Below are positions 35,221 through 47,119 of a stretch of 64,000 nucleotides of DNA, piece after piece. Under the pieces are notes generated by a model, which had not been told where the DNA came from, made no database searches, and worked only from the letters and a program-made list of their open reading frames with translations. Positions within the stretch are counted from its first letter, which is position 1. Each line of letters begins with the position of its first letter. The DNA is taken from NCBI RefSeq assembly GCF_035084215.1, contig NC_090349.1, positions 9,114,001-9,178,000 of the forward strand. Reading direction: 5' to 3'. The translations under genes and the position numbers were made by a program. This DNA comes from Heptranchias perlo. Lineage: Eukaryota.

Positions 35221-35565
35221 ATTTAAACGCGCAAGTTACAGTAAACCAGCCTCGTTCGATGTCAATTTCTCCGGGAAACAACTTGCAAATAAGTTGTACT
35301 CTGTCTGGTGCCAATTTGGGAAGCAACGGTGTCTCCTGGTACCAGCAGATTCCAGGGAATACACCCAGGCTTTTAGTCTACTATTGGTCCGGCAGCACCA
35401 TTTACAGGGGCCCGGGTATTTCGGAACGGTTCTCCGGCTCCGTATCAGGCAACACGGGAATTCTTACAATGTCTAATGCACAATCTGAGGACGCTGCGGA
35501 CTATTACTGTGCTATGTGGTCTAACGGTTTAATCTTCGGGAAAGGAACACGACTGAGTGTTGGCA
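35221..35565 (+). CDS. IGLV: Germline-joined V-J exon, copy 2 (intact)
   Basis: Pyrimidine tract + CAG acceptor; (Y)LNAQVTVNQPRSMSISPG...C...WYQQ...YYCAMWSNGLIFGKGTRLSVG; GTAAGT donor; no RSS between V and J. Confidence 0.95.
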
Positions 35566-35763
35566 GTAAGTAAAATCCTTTCATTTGTACAGTTCTGTTT
35601 TTGTTTACTTTAGAATAAAACAATAAGTTTCATGATGTATACTATTGGCTCGATTTAATTCCATTTAAAAGTGACATTTTCGAATGAATCATATTTTTGA
35701 CGGGGCTCCCCTGGTACTTCAATTGGAAGTAACATTGCCTAAATGGGGAACTGAACGGTCCAG

Positions 35764-36229
35764 TTCTGGAAGGTTTTCACCTGTTATTACTTCAGGTTGC
35801 ATCTGCGCTGAATTAACTTATCTCAGACCAAGATAAGAATTGGTCTGCAGGTCGCCGAATTAGGCAATGGGAAAGAACGTTCAAGTTGCTTGCTCTTGAT
35901 CGCTTCTTAGTGACTCAGTTGGAAGGTGCGTTGTGTGCATCTCCGCCGATAACAGAATCAGTGACAAATCGTACTGACAGTCACTGTGTAAGCTCACAGG
36001 AGAAGTACAGGAGAGTGACTGGCGTCCGTGCAACTACAGTCCAGTGGAGGTCAGCTTTTTTAGGAGAAAAATGCAAATTTGAAGGAGACAAATTCTACGA
36101 AGTATCTTAAATTCAGGCTCCAATGTAATAATCTGGAAATTTCCTAACGGCAATATGATTTGAACCAATTCCTGAACTGCCTTAGCATTGATTTGAATGG
36201 ACTAATATTAATCATAATCAAAAGACTGG
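35764..36229. promoter_or_regulatory. Candidate J-C intronic enhancer, copy 2
   Basis: CACCTG 35778, CATCTG 35800, TGACTCA 35911, ATGCAAAT 36071-36078, GGAAATTTCC 36135-36144. Motif-based only. Confidence 0.4.
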
Positions 36230-37828
36230 AATTTCTATAATACTTTATGAAAACTTACTTTATATTCCTGAAATGGTATTGGGTATCAATACCGACAATG
36301 TAAATGGAGACAATTAGCAAACAATAGAGAGATTTCCTCTGGCTTTGTGTTAGCTACATTAAAACCCATTCAAGTCCAGTGCTCTGACATTTGCCCTATA
36401 ATAGCCAGAAGATTAAAGTTTCCAACAACGTTTACGATGTGATTAATAAATGGAGATTGGAAGATATCCCCTTTCCACCAATTAAAATTATTGCAGCTGA
36501 AATACTCCTATGGTTGAGTAAAATAATTGGGATGGGGGAAATTATGCTGATCCCTATTTTAACGGCATCATGCGAAACAGTAACAACCTGCTAAAAAAAT
36601 ACCACCCAGAGGAAATGATTGAATGAATGAACCAACGGACGCCGTTCGGCTGCGGCGATGTCAGAGCAATCCATTTCCGTGTTCAACTGGCACTGTGCGT
36701 TAAACTGTTGGGGACGACTTTTATGTTCAGTATTAGTTTCTCAGATATTTAAAGGGGAGTAACCACTGTAGTTTAAACAGCTTAATGCCTTTGTTAAAAT
36801 ACAGAAGAATTTCATACCAATGTTTTAGCGCGTTGATATTCTAATCTTTCAGAGCTAAATTTTAATCTGAATGCCGTTTTAAACCAAACGTGGGCGGCGA
36901 ACAAAAGATGGTGCCGGGCAAACAGTAAATCCCCGATTTATTGTCGTTGACTTCCCCCACGCTTATGATTCTGTGCTTTTTACAGTTTCATATACTAGCT
37001 TACATATTTCTCCCCGCTCTTAAATCTATTTGGAGATCTGTAGTATACTTGAATAACGAGACAGATCCCTTCCTAGCCTTCATCTCAATCCAATAACATT
37101 CATAATCGGTCTGCTTAATATGGATTTTGAAATGTATGTTTCATTTTTTTAAATCGCGTTGCTTTTGGGGTATGATGTGAGATAATAACGCGGGCTCACA
37201 CTCACAGTGTGTGGAATGTGGGTATCCTACAGTGAAAAAAATGTGGATTGCATCATGGGGTCAGCGCAAGGAAACATGGACATGTTTCAACTTAACGCAA
37301 CAAAACAACCGTAAAAATTTAAAACCCTGTCAGTAAAATTAAATTGTGTGTTTAATATGAGTTCAGCACCAACCTTTAATAAAATTAGTTTATATTCTGC
37401 TTCAAGTATTACAATAGAAAGGCTGGATTTATCGGCTCAAATAATGACGCGGCGTATAGACAAAAGTTACTTGTAAAGGCAAGATTCACAGGTCCACTGC
37501 AGAATTCTGATCCAAGCTGTTAGTTGTTTCAATGCACCGAGTAGTAATTCGAGAAAGCAGATAATACAAACATGATTATAAATGCGTTCACGCTGCAAAT
37601 TTAGTGTCGGCGCCAACTGATTTCTGCTTGCCAATGACAAAAGCAGTTAGATTTTACAGCGGAATAGATGTTTTATCCGTATTACGTTGGCTGTATACCT
37701 GTACACTCCGGACATCGACTTTGTCCTTATATTCATCCAATACCTAAATCATTTGTTGGTCTCTCCTTTTGCTGATTTAACAACGGAACCATGTGACCGC
37801 ATCACAATAAGTTTTAAGTAGGGTCAAT

Positions 37829-38013
37829 GGGGTAGGTCTTGACTTTGTGTGACAATGTGAAACAGGGAATAACGAGTCGGCAGGCTTTTTTGCACCTCTC
37901 CAAATTTTTATTGAAATTCAAGTCAATGGAAATAAAATTCGGGAGAGATGTAAACGGGGTGCCGACACGCTTTCACCCGTTTTACTCTATTGCACAAAGT
38001 CAAGATCTAACCC
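37829..38013. mobile_element. Palindromic MITE, J-C intron of gene 2
   Basis: GGGGTAGGTCTTGACTTTGTG...CACAAAGTCAAGATCTAACCC. Confidence 0.7.
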
Positions 38014-38234
38014 AGTATATTTAATGAAAATTATTGGCCGGTGTGCTGGAGCTGGTAAATGTTTAAAGTGCCCATAGTATGACTGTAGCATTTTGAAATA
38101 AGTATAAAGCAAAGGGATATATTATTATATTGAATGCATTGATGGAATACGAACTATACTATTTTGATAAATCTAAACCTTCAACCGAAGCAATTCCCCA
38201 ACGCTACTAAACCTTGGTCTTTTTTTTTTAATAG

Positions 38235-38557
38235 GTCCACAGGAACCATCGGTCTCCGTCCTTCCGCCTTCATCGGACGAAATCACAACAAAGAACATGG
38301 CGACCCTGGTGTGTTTGGTAAACCGTTTTAAGCCGGGTGCTGTGGAGATTGAATGGACTGTGGATGGCAGTGTCAGAGGGAATGGTGTTGAGACAAGTCG
38401 GATCCAACAGGAGACGGACAACACGTTCAGTGTGAGCAGTTATCTGACTCTGTCAGCCTCAGAGTGGAACTCACACGAGCTTTACTCCTGTGTGGTTAAA
38501 CATGAGACTCAGGCAAACCCGCTTCAAACAAGTATCGCGAGATCCAACTGTATCTGA
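38235..38557 (+). CDS. IGLC: Ig light chain constant exon, copy 2
   Basis: TAG acceptor; 323 bp; C1-set motifs; ends RSNCI*. Confidence 0.95.
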
Positions 38558-38773
38558 TTTCACAAACTGTACTTGACCGAGCTGGGAAAGTTTGTTTATT
38601 CCCATTCAATTCTTTCATGTAACAAAAAGGGTAGAAATTTATTCCATTTCGGAGGTTTAAGAAAAATAGCCATTGCGGTTCGAACTTTGTCTTTTCAGAT
38701 CGGTTAATTTGAAATACTCTTCCATCAAAAATTGTCAGTGTTAACTGAAAACACAATTTATGTTATAACATTC

Positions 38774-38863
38774 AATAAACATGCATTAAAAGACAACAAT
38801 ATGACTATTGTATCCTAAGTATTTGCTTATTGCTAATCTATTCTAATATAGCTATTGAATAAA
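38774..38863 (+). terminator. Polyadenylation signals, copy 2 (AATAAA 38774-38779 and 38858-38863)
   Basis: Two AATAAA hexamers; the distal one is followed by a GT-rich element. Confidence 0.55.
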
Positions 38864-39471
38864 ATCATTGATGCAATACGGTTTTTGGTGTCTTTTATTT
38901 CTGAAGCAAAAAAGTCAAATCGATAGTAAAAGTATTTTCGGCTTTATTTTTTGTGTTATTAAAGCTCACGTAATAAAGTGTGCAAAGTTATCTCAAACAA
39001 AGCAGTGTGTGACTGATGTGTCGATACTGCGGTAGACATATACAGTGGGGCGGCCGTGGGCGAGTTCACACTCACACAGGTTAACTTGAGGGCTTATTGT
39101 TGTCGGTTCAATATGTCCAGTCGTATTTCCCAACTCATAGCGGGTGAAATTGGTCTTGGGTGAATGCGCAAAATGGGCAAAAGCAAATTGGCAGTCCGTT
39201 TTACACTGCAGCCCGATTCTCTTCTTCACTGACTTTAAGAGACCAATTTCACCCCCATGGTTTAACTTAATGGGATAGATTTTCATCTTTCCGCCCTCAA
39301 TAAAGCAGTAGATCAGCCGCAGGTTTTGGAGCCGCTCGACTTTCATTTCCACCGAAATCAATGGGACTAAATCGGGCGGTGTCTATAACTGGCAACGACC
39401 TACAACTCTCCCAGGGCAAGTTGAAACTATACCTGGTAGCGTTCATTAATGCACAAATAAGTATAGACAAG

Positions 39472-41515
39472 TCAACAACAACTTGCATTTATGTAACGCT
39501 TTTAGCGTAACGTAGGCGTCACAAGGAAGCCACAGAAGGAAATATTGGGGTCGAAATTCGCGTGGGCTTGTTTTCGGGACTCCGGAAATTGGGCCTCGGG
39601 CATTATCTACAACTTCGGGGCGAGATGCCTCCCGATCGCGGAACCACAGGCACCTCATTGGAGGAGAGAAATTAATTTCGTAGATTCCCAGAGGGACTAG
39701 CATTGCTGAACAGGGCACAAGGGGGAGGTGTCGCCAGGTCTGTGGCCTGATGGGAAGCACTCCTGCGTATCCTGGCTGCACAGAATATATTTTAAACTTT
39801 CCTTTCGTTGGCCGCCGCAGGGGCAACTGAAGAATCCTGAGCTGAGCATGCTGGATCGCTGCTTCCCTCATCAGGAACACATTTTGTAGAGGGGTTCTTC
39901 AACAGGTGTTAGGCCCGTCATTAATATATTTAAGGCCACAAAAGTTGTGCGAAATATTTAGCAGAGAAACCAACGCCTGCACAGCTTGGGCGTGGTCTGT
40001 CACTGCTAAATTAGAATGTTTTGCGCCCATATTACGCCCGGAACGCAGGCGCAAGGCATACCAATTCCTACCCCGTTAGGAGTTTGTGACCAAAAGCTTG
40101 GCCAGAAGTGGGTTTTAAGGAGGGTCTTGAAAAAGAAGTGACAGGTGGAGAGGCTAAGGGAGCGAATTCCAGACCATAGGCCATCCAGGGCCTAGATGGC
40201 TGAAGGCACAGCTCCCATTACTGGAAGGAAGGCAATGGAGGATGCAGAAGGTACCGGTTGGAGACTTGCAGATTGCTCGGAGTGCGATGGGGTTGGTAGA
40301 GGTTCTCGAGATACAGTGAGGTAAGGCCATGAAGGGATTAAAACACGTGAATAAGAATTTTAAATTTGAGGCATTCGGTAATCACGTGCCAATCTATGTC
40401 AGTGAGCACAGCTTAATGGTGGAGCGGAACTTAATGCAGAGTTTTGGATGAGCTGAGGTATATGGAGGGTCGAGGATGTGCGTTCGGCCAGGAGAGCTTT
40501 GAAATACTCGAGTCTGCAGGTGAAAAATACATGGATGGGGATTTCAGCAGCAGATGGGCTGAGGCAAGGGCGGAGGCGGGTTATTTGACAGAGGTAGAGA
40601 TGGAGGCCTTTGTGACGGAGAGGATACTTGGTTGAAAGCTCAGCTCCAATTCAAATGGGATGCCGAAGTTATACAACAGTCTGGTTCAACTGAGACCAGG
40701 GAGAGGTGGAAGCGGTTGGGAGCATAAATATTTTGTGGTGGGACTGAACACAGTGGCTTTAGGCTTGGCATCTGGAGTAAATTGTGGCTCATCCAGGACT
40801 GGATTAAACAATCAGTAGGACAATGCAACGCCATTGCAGGGGTCGAGCTAGGTGCTGGAGAGTTAGAGCAGTTTAGATGTGGAACCTTCAGATAATGTCG
40901 CCGAGCAAAAGCATGTCGATGAGGAAGAGGAGGGTCCCAAAAACAGAACCTTGGGGGGCTCCAGGGATGGGTGGGGAAGGGAAGAGAATCCATTGCTGGA
41001 GATATTCTGGCTATGATTGAATAGGTATCAGTGGAACCAAGGGAAGGTAGTCCCACCGAGGTGAACAACAAAGGAGAGGCATTGGAGGAGGATGGCGTGG
41101 TCAACCACGTCAAAGGCTGCATAAAGGTCGAGAAGAAAATGGAGCAATTATCAACCATGGTCACAGTCAAAGAGGATGTCATTTGTGACTTTAGTTAGGG
41201 TTATTTTGGTGTTGTGGTTGGTGTGGAAATCTAATTGTCGTGATTCAAATGCAGAGTTGCAAAAAATAAGGACATGGATTTGAGAGGTGACAACATGTTC
41301 AAGGACTTCAGAGTGGAAAGGGAGGTTGGAGATGGAGCGGTTATATGCAAGGACAGAGGGATCAAGGGTTTTTTTGAGGACGGGAGTGATAATGGCAGTT
41401 TTCAAAGGGAGGGGGGCCAGTGCTTGAGGAGAGGCAACCACTTACAATATTAGCTAGCATGGGGTTTGAATGGAAGTTAGGTGGTCAGCAGTTTAGTAAG
41501 AATGTGTCAAGGGGC
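39472..41515 (-). mobile_element. L2-type LINE, unit 2 copy
   Basis: KTAIITPVLKK...NRSISNLPF; same position as 21879-24075. Confidence 0.8.
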
Positions 41516-41759
41516 ATTAATAAAGGAATATGTTTATTTGAACTAAATCGCAGTAACTACTACTTCCAAATTACCAGTGCATTGTAAGGAAATATATGCC
41601 ACTACAGGCAGCATCTTAATCTCCATGCAAGCTCATTCTGCTACATCGGTAGGCACAACATGCAGGATTGCTCCTCCAGTTGAGCCCGGATATCGGAGCC
41701 GATTTGATATTCCTTTTTGACGAAAGGAAAAACCTCTCAAATCAGAACAAATGTCGATC

Positions 41760-42711
41760 AGCTGTGCAAAGGTAATGCGACTAAATCTTTGGGGCCCGAT
41801 GAGCTGCACCGGAGGATTCTGAAGGATTTATGCGAGGAAATTGAAGGAACTCGAACATCAATTTTCCAGAAATCACTGAATACTGGAGAGGTGCCTGGGG
41901 ACTGTAGAAAGGCAGATATTTTTGAAAAGGTAGCAAAAGTGATGCAGGGAGCTACAGACCAGTGAATTTGCCGTCCATTCTGGGTAAAGCTATGAAAACC
42001 CGTAGGTTCATGAAAGAGAGGTCTTGCCAATCTAACTCACTGGTTTACTTTGAGGGTCCGGCAGTGGTTGTGGTGCACTTGGATTTCATAACGTTCCTCT
42101 GAAAAGGCTGGTGCTGAAAATAAAGAATGCAGGAATCAGTGGGAATATTTGACAGTGGATATGTATTTGATAGATCGATAAAGCCCAAAGGGCGGTGATA
42201 CACGGATTGTTAACGACCTGGGCGAATGTTACCAGTGGAGCCACGGGCACAAGGGCTAAGTTTGTAGCTGATACAAAGCTAATCAAGGTGGTAGACTCCA
42301 ACGCTGAACCGAATAAGAAAAAAAAGAAATGGGAGCAGGAGTAGGCCATACGGTCCCTCGAGCCTGCTCCATCATTCAATAAGATCGTGGCTGACCTTCG
42401 ACCTCAACTCCACCTTCCATCCCAATCCCCATGTCCCTTGATTCCCCTAGGATGAGATACTCGAGGGTTTGAATATACTTGCAAATTGGGAGACAGGTGA
42501 CAGATGAATGTCAATACAGAGAAATGCAAAGTGTTTCTTATAGAGACACAAAAATACAGGAAAGGACTATTACTTAAATGTTTCAATTGTTAGAGATTGA
42601 TTGCTATGATTAGTCAACTATTCGATTATCATTGATCATGCGAGTACCAGGATGGTAGAAGGAGAATTAGATGGACCGTGGTCTTTTTTCGTCTACCAAT
42701 TCCTATGTTCC
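41760..42711 (+). mobile_element. Old fragmented CR1-type LINE, duplicated copy
   Basis: GPDELHRRILKD...; homologous to 24340-25363. Confidence 0.7.
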
Positions 42712-45700
42712 GAAAGGTAAATTAATAAATAAACTATAATTACAACAGATAATGAGGAGATATTCAAAAAAGAAATGATAAAAAAGGAATGATCAGCAAA
42801 AAAATCAAATTCCAAAACGAAAGGCGGTGGGAAGCGATAACTAGCAGGAGATGTCATCGATGTCGAACGGCAAAAACAAAACAAATACTCATGATGGAAA
42901 GGTGGGAGGAAGAACACTAACGGACAGCCAAAGGAAAAGAGTGAAAATTGGGAATTGGCATGAGGTACAGAACGCAACAATTGATACGGGAGACTGGAAA
43001 GATCGATTGATTAATAAAACACGAACATGGAGCAGGGGATTAGCCACTGCTTAAGGAGTTTCAAATGATTGAGCAAGTTATCCGTGTTAACGAGAGAAAG
43101 CAAGGTAAGATACCAGCACGGTAGGTTACTAACGAAAGGTACAGTAATTATAGGGTTAACAGGCTAAATTCCAGCTCCAGTCAGTAAAAGCTGAAAAATA
43201 AGAAATCTTATGGGAAAGAGGTGAGAAAGAAATATGAAGTGGTGACCGGACTGCAAGATGTCTGTTTTCTTTTATTCGTTCATGGGATGTGGGCGTCGCT
43301 GGCGAGGCCAGCTTTTATTGCCCATTCCTAATTGCCCTTGGCAAGGTGGTGGTGAGCCACATTCTTGAACCGCTGCAGTCCGTGTGGTGAAGGTACTCCC
43401 ACAGTGCTGTTTGGAAGGGAGTTCCAGGATTTTGACCCAGCGACGATGAAGGAACGGCGATATATTTCCAAATCGGGATGGAGAGTGACTTGGAGGGGAA
43501 CGTGCAGGTGGTGTTGTTCCCATGTGCCTGCTGCCCTTGTCCTTCTAGGTGGTAGGGGTCGCGGGTTTGGGAGGTGCTGTCGAAGGAGCCTTGGCAAGTT
43601 GCTGCAGTGCATCCTGTGGATGGTCACAATGCAGCCACTGTGCGCCGGTGGTGAAGGGAGTGAATGTTTAGGGTAGTGGATGGGGTGCCAATCAAGCGGG
43701 CTGCTTTGTCCTGGATGGTGTCGAACTTCTTGAGTGTTGTTGGAGCTGCACTCATCCAGGCAAGTGGAGAGTATTCCATCACACTCCTGACTCGTGTCTT
43801 GTAGATGGTGGAAAGGCTTTGGGGAGTCAGGAGGTGAGTCACTCGCCGCAGAATACCCATCCTCTGACCTGTTCTTGTAGCCACAGTATTTATGTGGCTG
43901 GTGCAGTTAAGTTTCTGGTCAACGGTGACCCCGAGGATGTTGATGGTGGGGGATTCGGCGATGGAAATGTAGTGAATGTCAAGGGGAGAAGGATAGACTC
44001 TCTCTTGTTGGAGATGGTCATTGCCTGGCACTTGTCTGGGGCGATTGTTACTTGCCAGTTATCAGCCCAAGCCTGGAAGCTATCCAGGTCTTGCTGCATG
44101 CGGGCTCGGACTGCTTCATTAATTGAGGGGTTGCGAATGGAACTGAACACTGCAATCATCAACAAACATCCCCATTTCTGACCTTATGATGGAGGGAAGG
44201 CCATTGATGAAGCAGCTGAAAATATTCGGGCCTAGAACACTGCCCTGAGGAACTCCTGCAGCAATGTCCTGGGGCTGAGATGATTGGCCTCCAACAACCA
44301 CTACCATCTTCCTTTGTGCTCGGTATGACTCCAGCCACTGGAGAGTTTTCACCCTGATTCCCATTGACTTCAATTTTACTAGGGCTCCTTGGTGCCACAC
44401 TCGGTCAAATGCTGCCTTGATGTCAAGGGCAGTCACTCTCACCTCACATCTGGAATTCAGCTCTTTTGTCCATGTTTGGACCAAGGCTGTAATGAGGTCT
44501 GGAGTCGAGTGGTCCTGGCGGAACCCAAACTGAGCATCGGTGAGCAGGTTATTGGTGAGTAAGTGCCGCTTGGTAGCACTGTCGATGATACCTTCCATCA
44601 CTTTGCTGATGATTGAGAGTCGGCTGATGGGGCTGTAATTGGTTGGATAGGATTTGTCCTGCTTTTTGTGGACAGGATATACCTGGGCAATTTTCGACAT
44701 TGTCGGGTAGATGCCAGTGTTGTAGCTATACTGGAACAGTTTGGCTGGAGGCGGGCAAGTTCGACACTTCTGGCTGAAGATGGTTGCAAACGCTTCGGCC
44801 TTGTCTTTTGCATTCACGTGCTGAGCTCTTCCATTATTGAGGATGGGGATGTTTGCAGAGCCTCCTCCTCCGGTTTGTTATTTAATTGTCCACCACCATT
44901 CACGACTCGATGTGGCAGGACTGCAAAGCTTTGATCTGATCCGTTGGTTGTGGAATCGCTAAGCTCTGTCTACAGCATGTTGCTTCCACTGGCTAGCATG
45001 CATGTAGTACTGAGTTGTAGCTTCACTGGGTTGACAGCTCATTTTTAGCTACGCCTGGTGCTGCTCCTGGCATGTTCTTCTACACTCCTCATTGAACCAG
45101 GGCTGATCCCCTGGCTTGTTGTCAATGGTAGAGTGAGGTATATGCCGAGCCATGAGGTTACAGATTGTGCTGGAATACAATTCTGCTGCTGATGATTGAC
45201 AATAGCGCCTCATGGATGCTCAATTTTGAGCTGCTACATCTGTTCTGAATCTTTCCCATTTAGCACGGTGATAGTGCCACACGAGGACTGTGCGGTGGTC
45301 ACTCCTACCAATATTTTCATGGACAGATGCATCTGCGACAGGTAGATTGGTGAGGACGAGGTCAAGTAAGTTTTTCCCTCGTGTTGGTTCGCTCACCACC
45401 TGCCGCAGGCCCAGTCTGGCAGCTATGTCCTTCAGGACTCGGCCAGCTAGGTCAGTCGTGGTTCTACAGACCCACACTGAGTGATGGACATTGTAGTCCC
45501 CCACACAGAGTCCATTCTGTGCCCTTGCTACCCTCACTGCTTCCTCCAAGTGGTGCTGAACATGGGGGAAGACTGATCCATCAGCTGAGGGAGGACGATA
45601 AGTGCTAATCAGCAGGAGGTTTCCTTGCCCATGTTTGACCTGATGCCATGAGATTTCATTGGGTCCAGAGTCAATGTTGAGGACTCCCAGGGCCACTCCC

Positions 45701-46745
45701 TCCTGACTGTGTATCACTGTACTGCCACCTCTGGTTGGCCTGTCTTGCCAGTGGGACAGGACATACCCAGGGATGGTGATGGAAGAGTCTGGGACATTGG
45801 CCGAAAGGTATGATTATGTGATTCGGCTATGTCAGGCTGTTGCTTGACTAGTCTGTGGGACAGCTCTCCCAATTTTGGCACAAGTTCCCAGATGTTCGTG
45901 AAGAGGACTTTGCAGGGTCGACTGGTGGAGGAGCGATAAGCGTCAGGGATGAGTGAAGGTTTGGCCATGAGAAATGTCTTACGAGATAAGGTAGTACAGA
46001 AGTGCGAGGCCAGCCTTATTGTTCAGGCATGTAAAACATCCAGACAACAATACTGCAATAAGCATGCATGTGAACGGGGAGTTGGTCTGCCTGACCCCGG
46101 GATTACTCAGGTATTACCCCGACGTACGTCTTAACCTCTCGCACTGCAGGCGTGATAAGGTACTCCCCCTACGTTAATCCTACACATTGAACAGTATAAA
46201 GATAAATGCACACTTGAACCCTAACTAGTCTTGCACTGGGCTACTGTATGCAGTCAGAGGACTCAGTTTGCGAACTTCTGATGAGTTCCTTACTTGTGAG
46301 CAAAAAATTGGTACCAAGCTCATACCTACTGCGTATGTTGGATATGTATCATTTGATAAATGAAGGGTAGTGATCAATATCTTTCTGTCCTTCGAGTCCA
46401 CGAGCCTTATCCTTAAAAGGGTAAGGGTTGTCCTAAAGTACTGGCGACCGCGGCAAGACTCTAAGATAAGTGAACATTTGAATGCTTAGTTTGGGACTGG
46501 CCGGCTCTTCCAAGGCAGAATTCACCAGATTCGGTTTTTAGAATGGAGAAATTGGCGGAATACGAAATCGGTATATGACACGACAGGGCGATGGACCCCG
46601 GAAAGCAGGAGATCTGCTGGGCAAAGCCGACCCCTTGAAAAAATTAGCCCAGATTCTCGAAAAGGATTTCTTGGATACCCCAAAGGACAGGACTGAAGTT
46701 GCCCTAATACAAAGATTGTTTTCCGTTGCTAAGGCTCTGTCGTAC
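42711..46745 (+). mobile_element. LTR-retroelement/ERV remnant, unit 3 copy, interrupted by a LINE at 43265-45921
   Basis: PBS TGGCGACCGCGGCAAGAC 46442-46459; gag-like stub 46540-46745. Confidence 0.55.
43265..45921 (-). mobile_element. CR1/Crack-like LINE (endonuclease + RT), unit 3 only
   Basis: YRPPS, GDYNVHH, SDH (APE); QFGFR, ALDIKAAFDRVWH, GVPQGSVLGP, FVDD (RT); A-rich 3' end at 43265; flanked by CTG; empty site at 25915. Confidence 0.9.
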
Positions 46746-47018
46746 GGGTACGAGAGTGTCGTGGTTATGTTACTGGACTAACAATCCAAAGGCCTAGACT
46801 AATAATCCAGAGACTATGAGTTCCAATGCCACCATGATAGTTTGACAATTTGAAATCTTTTAAAAAACTGGAATTAAAAGCTGGTACACGTAAAAGTGAC
46901 CATGAAGCTGTTGGAGTGTGTATTAACCCAACTGGTTTATTATTGTCCCTTAGCTGAGGAAAACTACCACCCTTACCCAGTCTGGCCTATATGTGATTCC
47001 AATTCCACGCTGTAAGGT
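46746..47018 (+). mobile_element. tRNA-derived SINE, unit 3
   Basis: Same position and sequence as 26740-27012. Confidence 0.6.
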
Positions 47019-47119
47019 TTTCTCTTTCCTTACTGGACTTCAAAGGTAAGAAACAACGAAGACTGACTCAAGAATGTCTGAAAACATTCCAAATAATTTT
47101 ATTGATAATAAAGCACTAC

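Larger units (their letters stand above)
25236..42583 (+). repeat. Segmental tandem duplication unit 2
   Basis: Colinear with units 1 and 3; leader ATG is 17600 bp from that of gene 1. Confidence 0.85.
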
